Assembly (NCBI GenBank): GCA_002633005.1
Contig: NMRA01000342.1
Coordinates: 416,301-480,300, forward strand
From: Phoronis australis
Lineage: Eukaryota > Animalia > Phoronida
Direction of reading: 5' to 3'
Length of the DNA stretch: 64,000 nucleotides
Both the position numbers and the translations under genes were made by a program. How positions within the stretch are numbered: the first letter of the stretch is position 1; every line of letters begins with the position of its first letter. Shown piece after piece: positions 1 to 12,623 of the stretch. Under the pieces are notes generated by a model. The model had not been told where the DNA came from and did not search any database. It saw only the letters and a list, made by a program, of their open reading frames with translations.

Positions 1-540
1 AAAACTGCTGTACGAATGCTTACACACCTTCTAATTTTTAGAAGTGGGAAGACAGAGTGCCTAACGAACTTCCTTAGACTTTACTTTGAGTTGCATAATT
101 TGAAGGATGCTAACTTAGTGTACACTCTATTCCTTAGATACGAACGTGTAGTGTCTCTCATCAACTTCATCGTCTTCAGCAGTAATAACAACATTGCCTC
201 GTAATGTAGTGAATGTTGCGTGCAAAGCAACCAAACCTAACAGGTCGAAGGTTCTTCATCCTTTACCGTATACGAATTCTAACATTTCTTACATTTCCTG
301 CATCACGTATCGCTATAATTTATAACTCATTGCCCTGTTTTGCTTTCAACATCGAAATGTGAATTAAATGAAAATGACAGGTTTTAAAGTTTTATTTGCG
401 ACTTAAAATCCGAATTAAATAAAAACAAGGCTTTAAATTATTGCGATATGTTACACAACTTCTTTGAATAGTAATTACCCCTATATTTAAATAGTACGTG
501 TTTTAACTTGTGTGCGTGTTTCGTGTCGCTGGTAACAAGA

Positions 541-773
541 GGATTACGTTATTTTAATGTTGTCTTCTATGTTTTGCGCGTGTCAGTAGTTTGGTCTGAT
601 TATTGTTATGGACTTCAAGAGACATTGTGAAACATGTTTATTATTGGTCTTACGCACTGGTTTACTATATACAGTGTATGGAAGACGTTTTATTGTAAAC
701 AGCTCTCCCATGCACAAAAGGGTTACGCTATTTTTAACGTTGTTTTCTATGTTTTGCGAGTATCAGTAGTTTG
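541..773. repeat. Diverged direct duplication (~53-bp core, period ~180 bp)
   Basis: ggattacgttattttaatgttgtcttctatgttttgcgcgtgtcagtagtttg (541-593) vs ggttacgctatttttaacgttgttttctatgttttgcgagtatcagtagtttg (722-773). Confidence 0.7.
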
Positions 774-1319
774 TTAACGCCTTCATCGACGTTTTTTACA
801 GCTCACGACATGTCATTCATAGGTGAAGGCGGGGCCAAAGTTATTATCGACAAAGAGGTGCACGTTGTTAGGATCATACTTTTGTTCCTGAATGTGCTGT
901 TGTTGTTCTGCGGTTTATAAGACATAAATTGAACTTGCAGTAGTGCTGTGTTTGTTGTTAAGGACTATCATATACATGTATCACAACCTTAGCATGTCAG
1001 CTTGAAACATCCACGGTGAAGGCGGTTAAGTCATAGAGGAACGATGGCTTCTGGAGGCACATAATTGCCAATTTATAGTTAATATTTGAACTATTAACAG
1101 GAGCGCATAGAAATATCAAAAAAACGAAAAGTTGTGCAGTGGTCAGGAAGTTTTCTATTTCAGAAAGTTTCACCGCTACATTGGTGTTCGGAAGAAACAT
1201 AAATTACACGTAGCTGTAATAAGAAGTTTTTGGACAATCAGTTTTCTTATGGATGCAAAAGAAGCGCATCCCATTCTGAAAATCATTGCCAGTTGTGACT
1301 GAATTTTTTTCTGTTTTAG

Positions 1320-1355
1320 CCTCCACCGCGGAGCCCACGGCTGAATCAACTACAG
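1320..1355 (+). CDS. Ly6 gene micro-exon (36 nt, ASTAEPTAESTT)
   Basis: ttttctgttttag|...acag|gtaac; length 3n; phase 1-1; Thr/Ser/Ala-rich. Confidence 0.65.
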
Positions 1356-4300
1356 GTAACACTGACGTCGTACGTGACCTTGTTAAAGGGATACGCGCTT
1401 GCGCAATCTCTCCCTGTCCGAGGGAGAAAAAAATGTATTGGTTGGTCTCAACAAATTATTTACCAATCAGTTGTGAGTGCAAGCGCAGATTCTGGCTCGT
1501 TGGCAAGTGTTTAGCGTCGAAAATGAACTTTAAGTAATGGTCCCCAATGGTACCGTGCCTACTACGGCCGGTCACTGAAGAGGTCGCTTTTAGTAGTAAT
1601 TGCAGGCGGTCGTACCAGACGTGCGCAGGCCTCGCATGTGGGCCCATTGCACTGATCACCTGGAAATATTTTTATGCTTTATTAATATATCGTTAAAACC
1701 GAGCTGAGGTGCTAGAAACCTGGCTCAAGGGCTTAGCAGTGTGACCTGGTGGGACTCGAACCCACGACCTCGAGTAAAGAAAGCGGGCACTTATCAACCA
1801 GGCCACACTGCCTCCTCATAGGTCGCTTTAGTTGCTGAATGACTTCTAAATTGCGCTCTTCCTTGCGTGTATTCCAAATATTGATTGGAACTAATTGGAC
1901 AGAAGGGCGGGTGGTGTGCCACCATAAATTAAGTGTTATTTCACTACAACCAGTAAAGGGGCTACATGCAAAATCCCTAATTTTTCAAATTTTAGAACAT
2001 CCATAGACCTTGTTAAGATTAGCGTAAATTTACCTTTTATGAGTTTCTGAGTATTTTTAACTCCTTTAATGACTCACTTTGTGTATTTACATAAAATCCA
2101 ACGCACACAAATATTGGGAAGTGCGTAACATTTGATCTAAAATCAGCACACTGTTGCTTCTCACAAAGGCAATAATAGTGGTAGATCGTGAAGGAGAAAA
2201 GAATAAAACACGAAACATGAAGTTGTGAAATCTGAGTTTCTTATTTGGGCCAGCTAAAAGCCATTTTCATCACAGACTTTTAAGGTTAAATTCATCGCTC
2301 TACCAAACCTGTATCTTGTATATTTGAAGCATAAGCTCACTATTGTTTGTTACTGCTGCCTTGCACAACGCAAAAGTAAAAAATTGTTGTTTCTCTCATA
2401 CTTTTCGAGCAGTTGATTTTATACAACACACACTTTCAGCATTTTTTGAAGGTGGCACTATTCGTGTGTCTAATTATTAATCCAGCAAGGTGATAAATAT
2501 TAGACATGTTTAATTCTTCATCAGTAGCGATGGAGATCGGCGGGTGTATCCTAGCGAATTTATGACAAGGGGTATACGGAAAACCAAAAGAAAAATCTGT
2601 CATCAGCAGTCAGTTTTAGGGGAGTGGTCAAACTGAACCAGCATCACTTACACGACCTGAGCTCCATTCAGAAACGGTACACAGACGGCGCTGTCCGCAA
2701 AGTTTACTTTCATGAATCAAGATCTTGTAGAGCACTCTTGAATGTAGAGAGGTGAATCCAGGACCACGAGCAGGAGGTGGGCTTGCCAATGGACTGGCAT
2801 TTGGTGCATTAAATTACTACAAAATTGGCCCGAGCACGTTACACCGCCCCCTCCTCTGGATCCATGTTGGTATATGCGGTTTTGAATAACTACATTGTAT
2901 AGGAATACGCTGGTATTGGTCAACTTTACTGCAAGTCTTTTTACTTGCGGCAGTGTACTATATAGACCTAATTGGTAGCCATCAATACAGTTGTACAAAA
3001 TGCGACCTTTTTGAATTTCCATGTACAGAGTGGTGTTTAATTTTAATTTCAATTTCCTTGTGGATTTTATATGGACGCCCTTTTAACACAATGTGCAAGT
3101 TTGGCACAAACGAATTAATTATTCACAATCTGAGACAAGTTTCTATGAACAAGTAATCCTTTCAAATTATCAGCACAGACGAGTACTAAAACAAGTTTGA
3201 AGAAAATGAAACTTTTTCTTGCCCGGCCTGTTTCACTTGTTACTTCCGGGAGTAGTGGTCTAAACCCTTGGGTGAAGGTGGTACGGAGACATGTCGCGCC
3301 CCCTATGTTCGATCATAATCAAAGGGGAATTTGACTTGCCAGAATAAATAGTGGCTTGATTTGAGACGTTCTCTCTTTTTCAGCAAAGCCAGTTGCTCCA
3401 ACCCAAGCACCAGCCTCAACTCAAGGTAAGTCTTTCGAGATGTAAATTTATTCCCCGAAAAGTGCCACCTTGAGCCAAATAGGAGTATCAAAACGGTTGT
3501 AAACCTGCATTTCATCACAGAAATCTACTTTTCACCTTGTCATTTAGATCACTCGTCGTTATGAAATTGTTCTGAAGCTCTTAATCAATCAAACTAATCG
3601 TGCGGGATGGGGTTATAAAATACGCTGTGCTAACAACGTCATTGCGGAAGGTAATGGCTGCCACCATGTATACACAAGCAGTACGCGGATGGAGTTTGAG
3701 TCTATACAACGTGCCCTAACCAAGCTGTCACTCCTAGACCTGGAGAATCACACCATTATCTTTGCCACCGATTCCATGGCAGTGTTGATGAAAGTTCAAT
3801 CTGGAAACCTCCCAGCCAACTGGGGTGTCTTCCGATCACGCCACCCCCATCATGTAGTGATCTGGTCTTTCGTACCTGGCCACGCCGGTGTCTTGATTAA
3901 TGAGCGTGCAGATTACCTCGCTGGCTCATGCACCACCAACCAACCCTTCTACTTATCATTCGGCTGACGTTAAGCTGCTGGCCCGCAAACGCAAACTCGA
4001 GCAGACTGCATCCCAACTGGCTGAGTTCAATGATGGCAGCCGACTGCTCGAAGCCGGTATTATTTATGGCCATGCTGCGAAGAGTCACAAGAAGAACCAT
4101 ATGCCCTAGTGCTGTCAAATCCAATGCTTACAGGCAACGTCAGCCCTGGAGTTCTGCGCCTTCTGCTGTCACGGGGATGGTCTGGGGAGGGGAATAATGC
4201 ACCAGTATATCCCCAATGATCCTGTCCGTGACAGGTATTACAGGTATTCAAACTTCAAGGCTTCGAAAAAGCTGACAATTCATTATTGCTTCAGACCATG

Positions 4301-7300
4301 TTGTACAAGTCGGCTTGTCACAGACCATGTTGTACAAGTCGGCTTGTCACAGACCATGTTGTACAAGTCGGCTTGTCACAGACCATGTTGTACAAGTCGG
4401 CTTGTCACAGACCATGTTGTACAAGTCGGCTTGTCACGGCTTCAAGAACGGTGTCGGGGAAACAACGATCTGACAGTTTTTACAAACCCGGAAATCACTT
4501 TTCGTTTTGGATTAAGAATTTTATGCTCTGAATGGTTTAAATCGAGCGCTCGCTGCATAGACAGAGCGCAGGCGCAAAGTCTGCATAGACAGGGCGCAGG
4601 TGCAAAGCCTGCATAGACAGAGCGCAGGCGCAAAGCCGCTTCTAGTTACAATCGCAAAACTCATGTTAAAGGGTTACTATTAGATGGTATAAATTTCTTG
4701 AAGTGACAGTGTACTGGCTTTGATGAAAGCTGCGGACCAGCGAAATCTCTGCTTTTGCGATATTATTACAAAGCGCATATTTTCGACGTTAGTTCCCAGT
4801 CATTCGCTTAAATCGAGGCCGGCGAGTGAATCAATACGCTTTAATGATTGTATTTCTCTGGCTAAAACGGAAATCGAATTTGTGTTGTATATTCATCAAA
4901 CTGGTCTTCCTTACTGTGACAGGATTCTATATCCCTTGGCAACAACAAAATATGAACCTCCAGCGACTCAAGTAAGAGTTCTAGATCGGCTATACATCGC
5001 CATATTTAGATTTATAAGCTCTGCTATTTATCGCGTGACTTTTAACTCCACCAGAAGGGGTTGGGCTGCGACCCCTGAGGTCTAATTTCCAATACGCCTT
5101 TGGTCTGATCTAAACAAACTCTTGACCTGCCGATGATGCCAATTCAACTCGGCCACAATTGACGTGAGACCATAATACAAATGTATGCCGTGATGACTTG
5201 AATTAGAAATTGAATTGATTGTATTTTCTCAAACAGTCACGGTCAGTTGGATACTAAACTGGACGTGAACAGCAAATGCTCTACCGTGGCTGCGATACAG
5301 CATCCAAAAATACCACAAAATCGTATTTGTTTGTTTTTTAATTGTTGATTATTTTTCATATTCATGTGGTTTTTAAGTATCGTAAAACACTTCACATGTG
5401 TGTGAATGTCTTTTTAGCGCCACCACAGGCTACGACGCCACCAACAACGTCACCAACAACGCCACCGCCTGAGAAAGGTATCTACAGTTTTGTCATCTCG
5501 TTTCGATTTTTGAGATTATCCTCGGTCTAAGGGGCAACAAAATCTGTTAGTTTTGAACAATGTACCCTACACAAAAGAAACTTTTAGTGAATTTTTTCCA
5601 GCTTTGAGACATCCTCGCTGCTTCCCTTCGTACCTAGCCAGCACGCGGGTATCACGCAGTGGCACGCACTTTAGCATTGGCTAATGTAACCTCAGCAGTC
5701 ATTAGTTAGCTTTACAACACTATGAGAAAATGGCGGACTGTGAACGATTTTTAGCCTTGTCATGCAAGTGGCGTCGCAGCAACTATTTCGTTTCTGCAGT
5801 GATGTTTAATAGCCGCATGCTTGAAGCACATACATGTACAATAAACACATATCTGGCCGATTTAACCGGTTTGTTATTCATACTGTATGAATACAGGACA
5901 GTATCCTAAACATAAGTCACAGTAGAAAGATGCACTCCGAAATGGCGCAACCACAATTTCTATGATTCACATTTCCTGAACATGAAATTAAGCACCGATT
6001 TGTCTGTACAACAGACCACATTTACAGTCCATCAGCCATGCCAATTTGTTTGTGTAAAGCGCTGTCTTTTGAGAATTCGACTAGCCAATAAGAAACGCCG
6101 GTGATACCTGCGTGCTGGCTAATGACCACCTAGCGGCACGCGGGGAGCCAGCGAGTGAGACATCATGTATGGTATCAAATTTATGCAATAGATGGCGCCC
6201 TGTTGAATCAACTGGTAAATCTGAAGAACTCTACTGAAAAGGTGGAGCCCAGTGTTTAATTTGTAATAAGTTTCAAGTTTGAAATTGTATCTATCATGGA
6301 GTGGATGCTCGTGAACAACCTACTGGGTCGAAATGTAAGTCGATGACCCTACTCGCCAAACTTGAGTCATGGGTCTTCTACATGCGTACTGTACTTCAAA
6401 TCTCTTTATCTTACTCCATATGGTTGTGTGGGATTTTGTACGCCTAAATTAATGTGTGTGTGTGTGTGTGTGTGTGCGTGTGCGTGTGCGTGTGTGTGAG
6501 CGCGTGTGTATATGCACATGTTTCCGGTTGCATACATTGTATTTTCTTTAATCTGTCTGGGAGTTCGGTTGTCCTCTCGATATCTCAAAAATCCGCTGTC
6601 GGATCTTGTTGAAATTTGGGCATAACTAGGGCGATGATTGTCTCTTTTCAATCTTCCCGGGTTCCCAGTACCAGCGAGGCGGGACTTTTCATTGTTTTCT
6701 TTGGCGAGGTGGGTGCGTTTCTAGAAAGATGATTGTCCTGAGATACTATGCATAATGGATTTCTTTGAGACTTGATACAAAAGTATGTGGCGAAAATGTG
6801 TCGAGGCTAGTGTATTTTGGACGGATGCGTCCCTTTCAGGGCGCCTGTAAAGCAAGTTTGGCGGTGTCACGCAACTCTGAGCAATATATCGCTATGAATT
6901 ATATGCGAAGTATATGTTTTCATTCGTGAACATCTTGCCTTACGCAGAGTGCTCGAGGCTAGTTCAGTAATCGAACTTTCGAGATAGTCAGTACTTTGTG
7001 ATACGGCGGTTTGATACACTAGCGAACCCAATCATACGGATATCAGGGGCGGACCCAGGATTTTTAGTTAGGGAGGAGCAGGGCAGAGTATTAGCCAGGA
7101 TTTTGCCCGTCAGAAATTCGCAGCCCCCAATTGCCAAATGGAATCTGCCGTGGGAGAGTTTTAGGGGGGGGGGGCATGACTCCTTTGGCCCCCCTTTAAA
7201 TCCGCCACTGTGAGATAGATGAATACGTGGTATATCAACTTTTTTCCTTGCGAACCGCATTCACATAGCAGCATTTATCAAATTGTAATCGCCATTTGTA

Positions 7301-8972
7301 CATGTAGGTCGCTTCATTAAGTGCTATTCATGCGTTAACTGCGACGAACCCTTCAACCCGAACGCCAAGGGTGTAGTCATCGAATCGTGCTCCGGGAAAT
7401 GTGAAAAGAATTACAGATCAGCATTTACAAGCACTGTCAGTGAGTACCTAACGTGATCTATTTAATGCTTTTCTGTGTCACATGGTGTCCCTGGACGATC
7501 ATGTGTCAGTTTAGTCAGTGGTAGATGACTCTGCGTTTATAAATTAAACGAGAAGTTTCAACTCCAATCATGGGTTCTGAGATTTCACATTGACCTTTCA
7601 TAAATAGCGAGAGACGTCATAAACACTCACGGATTGTGAAATAGCGGTCACTTACCACTCCTACACTGTTTGTAGAGATCACTTTATTATAAATACGGGT
7701 ATGTTGGTAAATGTACTAACTATCCAAAATCACAGCTTGGCGATCACCTTCATGACATTTTCTGAATCTCATAAGTCCATGCTCTGGGATGCGCACCGAT
7801 CGATTTCCGCTAGCGATAAAAGGTCAATGTATCACTTGCAATACGCAGTTGAAATGTAACAGAGGTTTTATTCACTCGACCATCAATTTATAACGTTTTA
7901 GATAGAGCATTTTAACAGTTGGCCGATGTCTCGTGCAACTTTTCGGAGCTGAAACGGCCTTACTTGTCTTGCTGATTTCTTACCGTTAATTATGAAGTTC
8001 CACGTCATCAACACTTTCTTTCGACTCCCGAATATTTTTGATTTACTTGACTTTCGAAGAAATGTAGGTTCCAATAATTTCACCAACTCTTGTCATACCA
8101 TTACCGACTAATCTTATAACGCTAAAACAATTTCTTAAAACATTTTCCTTTCACATGACAAACTGTTAAATTAAACGAGATTAACTTTAAAATGTCTAGA
8201 TAAACCTACTACTTGGTAAGACTTGAGCTTTTAAAAAGCGTTTCAAGTCTAAGACATGGGCGACGGCGCAGCACTGGAAAAAGGGGGGCTATAGCCCCCC
8301 GTCCCCCTGAGGTACACCGCTCATAGATCATGGGCGCCCCCCAGCCCCCTATGGTTTCACGTTTGTTTTCACGCGATGAATTTAAAACGGTGTAGCAACC
8401 AATGTTGAATACTTAAGAAGCGCTTTGGATTAAACAAATGCTGAATATTGCCGAATAAGCCAGCACTTCAAGTCGAAGTCAACCCGTATATGCGCCATTT
8501 TGGAATTTTAGGCCGGTTGCCCAATCCCTGTTAACTCTGAAGCGTTTTCTTGAATCGCTTATACTGTCGATGTCCTTTTCGGTAACGGAAATAGAATCCT
8601 ATCACGGTCAGGAATAGTATGGCACCGATTTTATGAGAGTTAAAGACAAAGTTCGATTTTCGTTTTCAGCCAATAAAACGGGGCGATACTCAGCTTTAAA
8701 ACGACCTAGCTAATGTAACTACAATTATTTACGTATTTCTAGATTTCTTTTGGTATAGCAGCCGAATACTTTATTCTTTTACAGATGGTACACGAGTAGA
8801 CAGGGCGTGTGACGCTAATGCTAAGGACGTCGTTTGCCCTCCTCCTATTTCTTTATTTGGGTGGACTACAGTGGATTGTTATTGCTCAACAGACCTGTGT
8901 AATAGTGCAGTGACACCTACATGCTTAGGGGTAGTGGTCCTGACTGCCGTTCATATCTTGTTCAGTTTGTAA
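1320..8972 (+). CDS. GPI-anchored Ly6/uPAR (three-finger, quiver/sleepless-like) protein with Pro/Thr-rich N-terminal region; 5'-partial; exons 1320-1355, 3384-3425, 5418-5477, 7308-7439, 8785-8972
   Basis: All exons are flanked by AG/GT and all introns are phase 1. Spliced product: ASTAEPTAESTT-AKPVAPTQAPASTQ-APPQATTPPTTSPTTPPPEK-GRFIKCYSCVNCDEPFNPNAKGVVIESCSGKCEKNYRSAFTSTV-NGTRVDRACDANAKDVVCPPPISLFGWTTVDCYCSTDLCNSAVTPTCLGVVVLTAVHILFSL*. It has 10 Cys, a CYxC start, a CxxDLCN end and a hydrophobic GPI-type C-terminus. No signal-peptide exon was found in the window. Confidence 0.85.
1591..1819 (-). mobile_element. Full-length tRNA-derived SINE with target-site duplication
   Basis: Minus-strand head ggcagtgtggcctggttgataag...gtcgtgggttcgagtcccaccaggtcacactgc has an A-box-like motif and B-box GGTTCGAGTCC. 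It is followed by a cccttgagccagg central segment and a 3' tail ending caattactact. Flanked by AGGTCGCTTT at 1581-1590 and 1820-1829. Confidence 0.8.
3384..3425 (+). CDS. Ly6 gene micro-exon (42 nt, AKPVAPTQAPASTQ)
   Basis: ctctctttttcag|...caag|gtaagt; length 3n; phase 1-1. Confidence 0.75.
3600..4250 (+). mobile_element. Degraded non-LTR retrotransposon 3' fragment with RNase H domain
   Basis: ORF 3689-3967 carries RNase HI motifs: EFESIQRAL, IFATDSMAVL, WSFVPGHAGVLINERADYLA; frameshifted afterwards. Confidence 0.8.
4292..4436. repeat. Minisatellite, 5 perfect copies of 29-bp cagaccatgttgtacaagtcggcttgtca
   Basis: Directly visible head-to-tail units with no spacers. Confidence 0.95.
4553..4636. 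repeat. Minisatellite, 3 copies of 28-bp ctgcatagacagagcgcaggcgcaaag(t/c)
   Basis: Directly visible, with a few substitutions. Confidence 0.9.
5418..5477 (+). CDS. Ly6 gene small exon (60 nt, APPQATTPPTTSPTTPPPEK)
   Basis: tctttttag|...aaag|gtatct; length 3n; phase 1-1; mucin-like. Confidence 0.8.
5613..6155. mobile_element. MITE-like element with inverted ends; related copy at ~49240-49425
   Basis: Left ctcgctgcttccc..tagccagcacgcgggtatcac vs right gtgatacctgcgtgctggcta..ggggagccagcgag; internal gcagtcatt(a/g)gttagctttacaac shared with ~49305. Confidence 0.6.
6453..6508. repeat. (TG)n microsatellite
   Basis: Visible TG/CG run. Confidence 0.9.
7045..7210. mobile_element. Short G/C-run MITE family (ggggcggatcc...atccgccactg); copies at ~20055-20354, 24056-24165, 44303-44448, 50586-50742, with related ends at 15629, 16630-16732, 16818-16870, 17660-17791
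   Basis: Near-identical internal text cagggcagagtattagccaggattttgcc..gtcaga..ttcgca.cccc..tgccaaatggaatctg in several copies and both orientations; short terminal inverted repeats. Confidence 0.8.
7308..7439 (+). CDS. Ly6/LU domain N-terminal half exon
   Basis: tgtag|GT CGC TTC ATT AAG TGC TAT TCA TGC...GTC A|gtgagt; encodes KCYSCVNC...SCSGKCEK. Confidence 0.85.
8785..8972 (+). CDS. Ly6/LU domain C-terminal half plus GPI signal; terminal coding exon
   Basis: ttcttttacag acceptor; RAC...CYCSTDLCN, then a hydrophobic tail and TAA. Confidence 0.88.
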
Positions 8973-10933
8973 TGACTGTTTTTTGACCGGATCACGGAGT
9001 GAGTAATGCACCGTCTTACGTTATTTGAGACCCGATTCGAAAATTGACCAATCATTTGTCACGTTTTATGTCAACTTGTTGTTCATCACTGCTACAAGGC
9101 GAAGCACTGTAACGTAGATTCTCATTGGTTGTGATTAACGCCATTATAAATTCTCTTCACACTGGTAAGAGTAGCTGGTCTTCCAATGCAGCAAAATCGT
9201 GTTGCTATAGATATTGATAACATAAAACGTCCTGAATTCCCCTAACAGCCTCACTACAAGTAAGTTAGCGAGCTTGGGCAATAGAAACCATGAGCAATGA
9301 AGCAGATAAAGCCGATTTTGAATAGGTAAGTTATCTAAATCAAAAACAGTCATTTGATTGAAGGCACCGGTTATTGAACCATTAACAGAACGAAGTAACA
9401 TTTGAACATTCTGACTGGTTGATTTTGAGAACTGCAATCAGTGCTCTGCTTTATTGACACCAAGAGCGATACATCCCTGCCACACTCTTACGATAGCCGA
9501 TAGCAAAGTCTCAACTAAAACAACAGCAGTACCTTTCCCCCAGGACCTTCATGTTTACAACAAACACAAAAACCGAGGCATGCGTATTGAGGCGCACATC
9601 ACGGATTTCTGCTTGTTGGTCATCATCCTTTCCCGCGGTCGCTGTCTTTCAGAGGTGGCGCTGCGGCGGATATTTCATATTATGCTATTGGTCAATTTTC
9701 GAGTCTTGTCTCGACTAAAGTTTGATGGACCCTGGTCTGTGACGCAAAAGTGAGACACTGAGCAATGTCCATGGTCCCGCTGTGTCCCCCGGTGGCCACG
9801 CCAATGGTGATTACTGGTTAATTGGATTGTTCGTGAAGTGCTGCCACCTTGTGCAAGAAGATACCGCTTGCTACGCTAAATTGTTAACCAGTAATAACAT
9901 TTTAATCATCAATGGCCGGAACTCTTCATACTTTGTGGTTTCGTGTCTAGGTTAGTCTTGTAGGTGTATCTAGTCGCAAATATGTGCAACTTGGCTTTTG
10001 ATGATTATTACCGTTAAAGTGCTGAAGCAGAATGACGTCAGTCAACACTCTGACGTAATTGAACACCCATGACACGTGGGAAGCACGGCAGTGACGTTTA
10101 AGTGTGTGTGTAGCTAGGCTGCGTTCCGCAGAGCAAGTTTCTTGGGGGGGGGGGACGAAATCGTACAATTCTTCGTGAAATACTACAATGTATTTATACG
10201 GACAGTACGTGATCACTCTTAGGTCACTTCCCAGTGCCTTGCGTCAACGGATGTTCATACGTTATCCAAGGTATGAAGCAGGGATTATTTTAGGAGCGCA
10301 CCCCACGCCATTGGCGTAAAAGCAATTTCCCTGGCGACCATTGTGAATGCTTTGCTCGGGTAAACGCGCCCATTACAATTGGAAGAGAAAAAAGACAAAA
10401 AGCTAACATGGCCCGTGCGTCCTCCAAGTTGGCTCATAGACTTGAGGCCGTGCGGGTCATTTCACCAATACTCGCGCTTTTCTAAAATGATCCCTGGCGA
10501 TGTTGAGTTTATTTTGATGTCCATTATTTTATTTTAGCACACATGGGCGTGAATATTATTCTTATTAAGCGTTGTACACTAGCTGTTGTATTATATACAG
10601 AAACCTGCTCATCTTTTAAAAGAAGGCTTTCACTGTGATGTCTTTAATTGTTTACTAACTGGAGGTATTATGTATTCTTTATTTGCACATAAGGTTATTT
10701 ACAATGGTACAAAGTCATTTATTGAAGTTCATTGGAATGAGGACTTTAAATTTCAAACGATACTAAAAATATTTTGCTTGTTTTTATAATTAAATTGATT
10801 TAAATCGGCATTCTTACACTGTTAAGCTGGGTAAAAAACGAAAATTGAAATAAGACTTAAGTCCCGTCCACAAACAGCCCACACGTGAACAACTTAGACT
10901 AGTGCAACTTACCCTACTTTTAAGTGGAGCGTC

Positions 10934-11083
10934 CACACACACACACACACACAGACACACACAGACACACACACAGACACACACAGACAGACACACACAC
11001 AGACACACACTCAGACACACACACAAACACACACACACACAGACACACACAAAGACACTCACACGCGAAAATCAACACTTAAT
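10934..11083. repeat. Compound (CA)n/(CAGA) microsatellite
   Basis: Visible. Confidence 0.95.
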
Positions 11084-12468
11084 GCGAATACGGCGTGCAA
11101 AAAAACGCGTCTACATGGGTAACCGCAACTGATAATTGTGACAGTACCTGCTATTGTCTGGGTGTATCTTGTTCGTTGGGTCATTGTTATGGCACACGTC
11201 GGCCTGTTACAGTTTTCATTTGATTGACGAACCTTGACCATTCTTTTACATGGTGTCAGGATTTCACAAAAACTAAGAGAACTATGACTGCAACTTTAAT
11301 ATACGGGTACAGTCATGGTGTGGTCTATTGACAGCAACGTATATTCACGATTTAGACTTTGGAAATGGAAATGCAAACTGTTAGACCTACTCACGGGGCC
11401 CATGGCCGAGTTTGAGGAGGACATTAAGTGCAAATACCTGTTTTCTGGGCTGGTCAAAAGGTTTAGAAATCTGCAATAGTTGATCCCTCATAAGGGGTGA
11501 GGACAAGATATTGCAGAACTACTGGACCCGTTTTGAAGCCCATGTTAAACCCAACTCCAAGTGAACTTGTGTCTGCGTATGAACTAAAACAAGACAGTGA
11601 TTCTCTTGAGGAAATCATTACTGCACTTAAATCCTTGGACATTGATGCAGGGTACCCCTGAGAACACCACGACACTAGGTTTATGAAAGATTTCTTTAAT
11701 TAGTATTCGGAGTGAATTCCGACCGTGCCAGAACAGAATGGTTCAAGGAAGGGAATGCTCCTACATTTACCCGCACCAGACATTGAACAAGGCCGATGAG
11801 TCTGCTGAGTCACACATAAAACTTATGCAACCCTAAGGTATTAATGCCATCTCACCCCCAAAGTCTCAGCTGACCCGCTCTTCCTGGTCATCCGGTCCGA
11901 CCCGGCGAGCCTACTCGCTCTGATCAGAACCGCGAGCATCGAATGTAATCTGAAAAAACTGTTTGGGTCATCCCCACGCCCTCACAAGTGCCCTGCTAAG
12001 AATGCCCAATGTCATAAGTGCTATGATGCGGGTCACCATGGTAGTCGAACACATCATGTGTAGCCTAGAGCATGTGAATTGGGAAACGGAAACACGTACA
12101 TCTACTTGATACGCCCGCCGAGAGCACGAACATTGTGCAGCCGCCAAGTACATTTCTGGGGTGATAAAAGTGATCTCCTGTCCCACCCGTATCTTGCATG
12201 TTGCCACAAACGCAGAGAGGGCCCTCCACTAGCTAGAGCTGAGTGCGAGTCCGGAAGGCCCGTCTCACCGATTCGTGTCGCCAAAGATTGAGACGTAGGT
12301 GCAGAAGCTAATGTTTTACCAAAGGACGTATGACTACAGTTACAGCCAGACTGGCACGTCTAAGTACATCAATGTTTACACTGGAAGCTTACGGTGGTAC
12401 TGAGATCTCCAGTCTGAGCAGTACGTACACCCAATAGTGCTCAAACATTGCGTAATTTGTCGAAATCT

Positions 12469-12623
12469 GCCTCCCGTTCTGTAACGCTAGGACCTCGCTA
12501 AAAACCAAGACTTCGCGAGATTACGTGAGATATTGCTGTGAAATTTGAATGAGAGCACGTGACTTTGACTAGGTTTTAGCTAGGTCCTAGCGTAGGTCCT
12601 AGCGTCTAGTGAACGCACGCCGG
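12469..12623. mobile_element. ~155-bp MITE nested in the Gypsy relic; second copy at ~29898-30048
   Basis: gcctcccgttc(t/a)gtaacgctaggacctcg...ggtcctagcgt..tgaacgcacgcc in both copies; terminal inverted repeat aacgctaggacct/aggtcctagcgt. Confidence 0.8.

Noticed and set aside
1736-1812. Functional tRNA gene
   Set aside because: Embedded in a TSD-flanked element with a LINE-like tail; better explained as a SINE head
3689-3967. Cellular RNase H1 gene
   Set aside because: Intronless, N-terminally incomplete, frameshifted downstream and located in an intron; fits a LINE remnant
4292-4436. CRISPR-like array of 29-bp repeats
   Set aside because: Units are contiguous with no unique spacers, there are no cas genes, and the context is a eukaryotic intron
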